Part shown: positions 55,851-64,000 of the stretch, piece by piece
Position numbering within the stretch: the stretch's first letter is position 1
How the letters are laid out: every line of letters starts with the position of its first letter
DNA from: Octopus vulgaris
Taxonomy: Eukaryota
Direction: 5' to 3'
Length of the DNA: 64,000 nucleotides
Assembly (NCBI GenBank): GCA_951406725.2
Contig: OX597821.1
Coordinates: 20,708,001-20,772,000, forward strand
The notes under the pieces: model-generated
The model's database searches: none
Told to the model about the DNA's origin: nothing
The model's input: only the letters and a program-made list of their open reading frames with translations
Position numbers and translations under genes: made by a program

Positions 55851-56600
55851 GTAAGCACTAGAATTAATCATAGTTATGCATTCTCATAAGTACACATATG
55901 AACATTGCTATTTCTCGATATTTGCCTTTGTACAATTCAGACACGTTGTAGCCTCCATACGTACTCGAAACAAAGGAACATCGAACACACGGTATTTTAC
56001 TGCCTTTAACAAAAGCTGCAACAAGCTTCTTGAGTGTATTTCTAAACAGCGAAAAGGGGCAGGTGTGCTCATTGATAAATCTGTTAAGAAAGCGATGAAT
56101 TTCTTTTGAGGAACCTTGGGCAATTACGATACGAAGGAAAGCGCAACACACGGCTGGAAGCAGTGTTGTCAAAAAGTTCACACGGAACACAGGACCCATC
56201 TCTTAAAGTTACCGCCGATATCCAACTAAAGAACACAACGCGCAGCATAAACACAGCTCACAATACAAATACTAAAAGAAAAATGATTCAAGCACAAACC
56301 CCTAAACAAAACATACTGATGTACTGCCATAAGGGAAGAGTTTGTATTTCCCAAGCAATAAAAAAAAAATGCTTACCTCACTGCTGCACGGTTGTGATTA
56401 CTCTGTTGATGTCGAGAGCAGCAGAGGCCATGCAAATGACGACAGACAGACCCCTCCCAGCTTGATGAAGTAAATCTGCCTAGATTATTGAAGAAAATCA
56501 CTCTTTGCCTATAAGGTTAAAATAATTTCTTCATGGAAAACGCAGACTAAAAACAAATTATATCGTATCATCCGTCTATTACAGGCACAAGGCTGAAAAC

Positions 56601-56919
56601 CGGTACTTAATTTATCGACCCCGAAGGACGAAAGGTAAAGTCGACCACAGCGGAATTTGAACTCAGAGCGTAGCGACGGGCGAAATACCCATTTCTTTAC
56701 TGTCCACAAGGGGCTACACATAGAGGGAACAAACAAGGACAGACAAACGGATTAAGTTGATTATATCGACCCCAGTGCATAACTGGTAATTATTTAATCG
56801 ACCCCGAAAGATTGAGAGGCAAAGTCGACCTCGGCGGAATTTGAACTCAGAATGTAACGGCAGACGAAAAACCGCTAAGCATTTCACCCGGCGTGCTAAC
56901 GTTTCTGCCAGCTCGCTGC
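56601..56919 (-). mobile_element. SINE family A, full copy (56691-56919) plus an adjacent partial copy
   Basis: Reverse complement of 47918-48146. Confidence 0.86.
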
Positions 56920-57399
56920 AATAATAATAGTTGCAGTGAAAGCACGTGATAAAAATAAGATCACTGAATAATAATGATAAAGGTTTATAATTATATTTTT
57001 CAACAAAAACAGCAAAACATAACAACCACGGAAACTCCGTTTGACCTACGTATATGTTTGATTGTCTCTAAGCTTGAATGTATTTATGTATGTACACATC
57101 CATATATCTTATTCCTGCTCACCCACGCATGAGTGTGTGCCTGTGCCTGAATGAGAGTGCATGCATGCTTTAAACATCATATAGCGAGAAGGATGTATAA
57201 CATCTATTGTTGTACAACTTCGAGGGCACTAACTATTAATGGAACTAAGTATAGTACACGCAGTGCTAGTCTATATATACTTAATAGTCGTATATGTCTT
57301 TAGTTGCCTGTATTTATTTGTGTTCTTCGGGATAAATTTGATGATTTCAGGAACGGATTTGGAGACCAAAGAGATTAATTTAAAGTAGTTGAGAAAAAG

Positions 57400-57960
57400 T
57401 TACCTAGTATAGAGAATTGGAAGCCAGTTGAACATTGGAAAAGAGTTACTTGTATCATGATGATTCCATCTGCTGTCAAAAATGCAGATATTGTTACTCC
57501 TGCTTAATGCTCCGTGCGCATTGTAAAGGCTGTAAGATGTGACGTGGGCAACTGCACAGATGACTATGTAACCGTAGCCAGCTAGAAGGGAGACATCAGG
57601 CGTTGGGATTGAACCAGCACGACAGTATTCATATCAGATGGCTATATACGGCCGCTGGAGACAATAGTCAAACACTAGCTAGAGGGAGTTGCTGCTGGAA
57701 GGATACGTTTGCGACAGCAGGATTCGACTCCTTGCCAGACCTACGGAAAAAATCAAGTGGATTTCTTCAAATTTACCAGCTTTACCAGGAAGCTGAGTGC
57801 GGCTACTTTGATTAAATCAGCCTTTTATGTAAACTAGGAAATTTAGCTTGAAACTCCGAGTATATATCATTTTTGTTTAAAAAACATTTCGAATATTTTG
57901 TATATTCTCTTCGTCGTAACTACATTTAAATGACCATTAATTTTAGTGTTCAGCACGTCT
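57400..57960 (+). mobile_element. Possible decayed, internally deleted Tc1/maT-like DNA transposon
   Basis: The C-terminal QEAECGYFD* resembles the ..A-GG-FE* end of Tc1/maT transposases, with weak HTH-like traces upstream. No clear TIR seen. Confidence 0.35.
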
Positions 57961-58555
57961 AGTAGCTGTTAATTTTGTTGTTTATAATTAGCCCAAAAAG
58001 GTTCCTGATGGATTGCGGATACCTATGCTTAAAATATTCGAGCCTTCGTACTTCGTTTTTCATGTGTAATTTTCTTTCAGTTTGCTTTCAATGGTTTAAT
58101 AACCATTTATCCTAGCGTGAATAGATCTATGTTAAAATAGATATAATATATCACTACCAGTTACATGAAATAATGAAATTTTGCACACACACAAACACGC
58201 ATATATATATATATATTTATATATATATGTACATACACATATTTATACATGTATGGACAAATATGCTTACATACATAAAATATACGCATATAATATAGAT
58301 GGATGTATATGCGTGCAGTGACAAGCTGTACGGTTAAATACAGTAGTGAACAATGCAGTCCATCTTTGTATGTATTAAATATCTTATTAAATTTATCCAA
58401 AATATAAAGATTAATGTTTCGTATAATCTTCGCCTTTATCATTGGAGCAAATACAAATTTATGAACGCGTTCCCGATTTATAGTGATTCGGCTAATCATA
58501 AATTTTACACGATGACTATTTGCCAGTTTTCCATACAGCAGACAAATTTCATGAA

Positions 58556-59050
58556 GGCGTTGAGCTGGCAGAATCGTTAGCACGCCAGGCAAAATGCTTA
58601 GTAGCATTTCGTCTGTTTTTACGTTCTGAGTTTAAGTTCCGCCGAGGTCGATATGACTTTGTGGAGGTGCAACGGCCGAGAGATTAGGGCAGCGGACACG
58701 TGGTCGTAGGATCGCGGTTTCGATTCGTAGACCGGACGTTGAGAATGTTTATTGAGCGAAAACATTTAAGCTCCACGTGGCCCCGGCCGGGGTTGTGGCG
58801 AACCCTACTGTACTCTTTCACCATAACTTTCTCTTGTTTTTTTCTTCCTGTCTCCGTTGTACCTGTATTTCAAAGGGCCAGCCTTGTCACACTCTGTGTC
58901 ACGCTGAATCTCCCCGAGAACTACGTTAAGGTTACACGTGTCTGTGGAGTGCTCAGCCACTTGTACGTTAATTTCACGAGCAGGCTGTTCCGTTGATCGT
59001 ATCAACTGGTACCCTCGTCGTCGTAACCGACGGAGTGCCACGACGATACT
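58556..59050 (+). mobile_element. SINE family A 5' half (58556-58660) followed by a complete SINE family C (58661-59050)
   Basis: The A head stops at GCCGAGGTCGA..GACTTTG. The C copy has a tRNA-like head and ends CTCGTCGTCGTAACCGACGGAGTGCC. Confidence 0.82.
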
Positions 59051-59434
59051 GCGGACGACATTGGCCAGAAAATTAAGTAATTCTCTAGTGTACATACGAA
59101 TTACACGTAAATAACTGCTCAAACACAAAACAAGGTACTCAGTTTCTTGGTGAATGAGATTAAAGGATTCTAATGATGTAAGGTATATTTGCAATGTTGT
59201 GTGTTCCATTTATAAAATTCATTGGATCATAAAAGTGTCACATTCAGTTGCATCTTAACCGTGCAGCTGAAAACTTTGAAGAGTTACCTGTTAACAGTTA
59301 TTAACTCTGGCAAACACCCTTTTCACCTCCTTATTTTCCTGATGGATATCGTTCGTAGGCTTATAGGAAAATTACACACATCGTTTAATTACTTCTCTCA
59401 AAATTTGCAATGCATCGAATCACTATATATGATG

Positions 59435-59895
59435 TGGGTGTACATGGCTCAGTTCCACTGCGTCTCATCTCGGGCAAGTGTTTTCTACAATAGCCTCAGA
59501 CGGACCAAAACCTTAGCAGTGGATTAAGTAGGCGGAATTTGAAAGCAGCCCGCTGTGTATATACACCTATGTTAGTGTTTTTGTGTCTGTGTTTGTCCTC
59601 CCATTACCGATTGACAACCGGTGCTGGTGTGTTTAAGTCCACATAACGTAGCTGTTCGGTAAAACACACCAGTAGAATAAGCTTAAGAAATAAGTCCTGG
59701 GGTCGATTTGTTCAACTAAAACCCTTCAAGCCAGTGCTCTGGCATTGCTGCAGTCAAATGACTGAAAGAAATAAAAGTACCAGGCTTTACAAAAGAAAAA
59801 TCCCTGTGGTCGATTAATTCGACTAAAAATTCTTCAAGGCTCTGCTCCAGCATAGCGGCATTCTAAAGGCTAAAACAAGTGAAATAAAAGGATAA
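59435..59895 (+). mobile_element. SINE family B with a duplicated 3' module
   Basis: Two consecutive GGTCGAT..ACTAAAA..CTTCAAG..TGCTC..GCAT..AA(A/C)AAG modules. Confidence 0.75.
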
Positions 59896-60139
59896 AAGAT
59901 TCATTATAACATCTACAAGTAGAAACTGTTGTTGAACGGTATGTTTTAACGGAAGTCTTCTTTTGATTAAATTTAACAGAATTGAGTAAATTCCTAACTT
60001 TCTTGGTATTAGGTTCTCAGTAGCTACATAATGCATACATACAGGGAATGAGAGGGGAGAGAAAAACGCCTAGAGATTTATCTTCACACACACACAAACG
60101 CGTATATATAACTGTGCATGTATGTACATGTATGTGTGC

Positions 60140-60238
<99 letters not shown>

Positions 60239-61090
60239 AACAACCGTATGTTTACTATGCAACATACCGGTGTTATAAATTTTAAGTTACCCAATGGAAT
60301 AGTATCTGACTTCGTAACATACTGTTATTTAAAAATATATTTCTATCTTTAAATTAAATATTTTATGAAATGCATGAGTGGATCATTTTTGTTATTTGAG
60401 GCATAGTTATAATTTTGAAGGACTAAATGGCAGCATAGTTGCTTCCCTTTTTGTTTATCTATGTGCTAGCTGTTGCTTGTGGTTATGTATGTGTATAAGT
60501 GTATGTGTATGCATATAATTATGTGTGTATGTGCGATTGATCTGTGGATGCGCGTGTGAATATTGGCGTTCCTTGACTAACCAACCGTATAATTTCTTTT
60601 GTGATTTAAATTTCAAACCACTAGCCAATCGAATTAATCTAAATTATCATTACCTAGTGGTCAGTATTTCTAAACTCATAGTTATTTCGATCTTGAAAGG
60701 ATAGACTTGGTGCAAACATAACTGTATCTATTATTATTATTATTATCATTATTATTAATATTAATAGTAATTTTTATTGACCTTTATAGCTTTATAATTT
60801 TATGAACTGAACAATGATTTTATTATTTTTCATCTCCCTATGTGTTGGTTTTGTTAAAAAAACTATTAGCCAAATATGTATAATAACGGTGCTTATTAAT
60901 ATTAATATATACACTGATATATATTTTGTTTTATTTTGTTCTGTTTACCTTGCATTATTGTACCAATGAGTATTATATTATATAAGTGTAGCATTATGAA
61001 GTTTATGTATAAGTTTTTATATTTTACATTTTCATATTTTTATATTTATATGTATATGGTTAAATAATCTTTTTCACAATTATAACAAAT

Positions 61091-61210
61091 TTAATTCTCT
61101 GAAGAGGCCGTGGGGCATCCTTGTTAATGCCTCATTTATACCTGCCTTTATGGCTTATAGGTTAAATGAGGTATGACTGCCCTCACTGCCGAAACAGCTG
61201 TCAGATTTGA
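61091..61210 (+). ncRNA. Type I hammerhead ribozyme with an 85 nt multi-helix stem II
   Basis: UUAAUUCU-CUGAAGA-GGC-C-GUGGGGCA..AUGCCUCAUUUA..UAAAUGAGGUAU..UGCCCUCAC-U-GCC-GAAAC-AGCU-GUC-AGAUUUGA. Canonical G10.1-C11.1 pair and GUC triplet. Confidence 0.85.
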
Positions 61211-61419
61211 TTTAATTACATATTATATTTGAAATTTTATACTTATATCTCTTTGTCTATTTACTTTTACTGTATATTTTGTATAATGCCTTTACTGATA
61301 TGTAATGGTGTAATAAAGTATTGATTGGGTATCATCTGATAGTTGATGTTTTATTGATTTAAGTATGTTTCTCCATTTTCTAATTTTGTAGTATATATAT
61401 ATATATATATACCCTATTA

Positions 61420-61626
61420 CTCTTTTACTTGTTTCAGTCATTTGACTGCGGCCATGCTGGAGCACCGCCTTTGATCGAGCAACTCGACCCCGGGACTTAT
61501 TCTTTTGTAAGCGCAGTACTTATTCAATTGGTCTCTTTTGCCGAACCGCTAAGTGACAGGGACGTAAACACACCAGCATCGGTTGTCAAGCAATGCTAGG
61601 GGGATAAACACAACACACAAACACAC

Positions 61627-61695
<69 letters not shown>

Positions 61696-61862
61696 CATAT
61701 ATACGACGGGCTTCTTTCAGTTTCCGTCTACCAAATCCACTCACAAGGCTTTGGTCGGCCCGAGGTAATAGTAGAAGACACTTGCCCAAGGTGCTACGCA
61801 GTGGGACTGAACCCGGAACCATGTGGTAGGTATACAAGCTACTTACCACACAGCCACTCCTG
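61420..61862 (-). mobile_element. tRNA-derived SINE family B, well-preserved copy
   Basis: Head GGAGTGGCTGTGTGGTAAGTAGCTTG..GGTTCAGTCCC, internal (TA)/(TG)n, and tail GGCGGTGCTCCAGCATGGCCGCAGTCAAATGACTGAAACAAGTAAAAGAG. Confidence 0.9.
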
Positions 61863-61863
61863 C

Positions 61864-61932
<69 letters not shown>

Positions 61933-62379
61933 GATACAGAACGTGATAAAATTGATACATTGGTAGATACGTATACATATATAGTCTTGAGTGTTTGCGT
62001 GCTTGTATATGCACACACACACAAATCCATATATCTGTGTGTGTGTATGTGTATGTGTGTGTGTGTGTGTGTGTGCATATATGTCTGTGTATGTGTCTTT
62101 TTGTGTGCATGAAAACCCATGTTACTGTGAATAATGCGTATCTGAAAAACTACTGCAATATTCGGAAACGCGGTATACGAATATATAAACATAAAAATCA
62201 TCAACTGATGCCTGGAATTTGACAAATACTAAATTTTTAATTTTCCGAAATTTAACACGGAAAAGAGCGTTTGAAGATCGATATAAATAAAAAAGGAAGT
62301 AAATGAAATGGACTCAGTTTTATGTTGTACTAGTGAATCGATTGCATCAGCATATGCAAAAGAAAATTAAATGTTTTTA

Positions 62380-63960
62380 TTATCTTTTTAAATAAAGTCA
62401 AAGGGAAGCGAGTATCGATTTTTCTTCTCTTTTTTGTATGACCCTATAGCAGCTGAATTCACTCTCAACTTGTCTTATGACTTGCGTTGCTCTTTCTAGA
62501 TTCAAATCCGCATCCATTATCACCTGCTTTCCAACTTCGAAAATTCTAAAATTAGCATCTTGTTTCCTTTAATTGAGAATTTTTTCCCTTGCGTCTCTGT
62601 TTCATCAGTTCTTTGTTGACCAATATTCTCATTATATATACGATTCTGCTCACATCATACGAATCAATTATTTCTCCAACATATAGCCGACCGTTCTACA
62701 CTTTCCCAAGTGTAAACGAAATTGAAATATTTTCACTATAGCATCTGCTACATCAGTCTCCAGTCTGCTAGGTTCTCCTGCTGTAAGCTCTAATCTCGCT
62801 TTGTTGATACATTCTGATGCTCATTTTGTACATCAATTTTTTTCACAAACTCTCAAGATTAGGTACTTTCATCCAATTCCCTCGGCGAATGTTTGGCATG
62901 AATAATTCGCCATGAATGTTGTTGTCCTCACCTGTTCATCTTTTTGCAAAAATTATTCTTTCTTGAGTAACATACAACCATGTCATTTAACGTAAGTCAC
63001 CAAAAATTATTTTATGACATTACTTTTTATCTTTTAACTCTACCTGTTTCAGTTATTAGACTGCTGCCATGCTGGAGCATCGCTTTGAAGACCTGTTTAG
63101 TCGAATATATCGAGTCCATTATTTATTTTTTTTAAACCTAGTACTTATTCTACCGGTCTCTGCCGAACCGCTAAGTTACAGCCTAAACAGACACACACGC
63201 ACAAATATATGTATGCATACATATGTACGACGGGCTTCTTTCAGATTCCGTCTGTCAAATCCACTCACAATCTTTTGGGTGTTCCGAGGATATAGTAGAA
63301 GACACTTGCCCAAGGGGACATGCAACCATGTAGTTGAGAAGCAAGCTTCTTACCACGCACCAACATCTACACCTATATTCTTATATCACAGCTACGCCTC
63401 ATTAAATACGGTACATTTAATAAACTTATACAATATATATCTAATGATTTAAATTAGCTTCTCGACTTATCACACCTATAAGAATTTGTCTTATCTTCAA
63501 ATTGCAATATTTTTAACCGAAGTTCTTTTGTGGAATTAATAAAACTTGCTTCTTTGAATTTATGCAGGAATCTTTCAGAGCAATTGGGTATTTTGATTTA
63601 TCGATTTACAGAGATTTTAATCTGAAGGCACAAGCATCATTTCAGTACAATATGTGATACATTAGATGATAATTAATCCCGCTTCAAGAGCAATTCCTTT
63701 GCGGCACTATTTAAAACTTATTCATAATCATCACTGCATCCGCTATAATTTTTCTTCGGCAATGTATCCGGCTAACGGGATATCGTCTGTATACTGAATT
63801 TCCACTGCAAATTTAATTTTATGAATTATGTAGAAGTTTCTAAACAGGTAGAAACCTTTCGACGTTTCCAAAAGATGCCCTCAGATTTCTAAGCAGAATT
63901 TTGTTGCCTAACCTTTCTTAGGTCTGATAAGATCTGATTTTATGAGAGTGATAATTATTG
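62380..63960 (-). pseudogene. Decayed Tigger/pogo transposase, interrupted by a SINE
   Basis: Minus-strand fragments ETSKGFYLFRNF..IHKIKFAVEIQYTD (resembling ASKGWF..GE..SAD), DKSKYPIALK, and DLNLERATQVIRQVESEFSCYRVIQKK (resembling the Tigger C-terminus). Confidence 0.55.
63030..63375 (-). mobile_element. SINE family B, degenerate
   Basis: GCCATGCTGGAGCA, GCCGAACCGCTAAGTTAC and CGACGGGCTTCTTTCAG segments. Confidence 0.8.
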
Positions 63961-64000
63961 GATACGCACGCACACACACAGACACATACACACTCTTACC

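Noticed and set aside
55860-56500. Cluster of short overlapping ORFs
   Set aside because: No identifiable domain or motif; left unassigned.
63850-63890. CTGAGGG..GAAACGTC on the minus strand
   Set aside because: There is no stem I, and it lies within the decayed Tigger coding remnant.

Overview
This is eukaryotic, AT-rich, repeat-saturated DNA with no recognisable host protein-coding exon. The repeat repertoire suggests a cephalopod (octopus-like) genome, which is an inference. The window contains: two near-identical young CR1-clade LINE copies (1-3474, 3887-6904); a third, divergent CR1 nested in a SINE (31553-34360, -); a nearly full L1/Tx1-clade LINE (about 21571-26200, -) plus a fragment; an RTE fragment; R4/Dong-like endonuclease fragments, the clearer one within (TAA)n; a decayed Penelope-like element (PLE); mariner, pogo and Tc1-like relics; many tRNA-derived SINEs; and long microsatellites, which generate most of the spurious ORFs. 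Three signals stand out. (1) A dispersed set of type I hammerhead ribozyme folds of unrelated sequence have unusually long (53-85 nt) structured stem II insertions and palindromic or near-palindromic stem III. Most lie 60-190 nt upstream of a (TA)n junction, and they are often associated with fold-back inverted repeats, which suggests PLE-derived or retrozyme-like units. (2) Two SINE families have 3' tails that each match a different resident LINE, including a covarying double-hairpin 3' signal. (3) Insertions repeatedly fall in (TA)n tracts. All folds and identities were read by eye.
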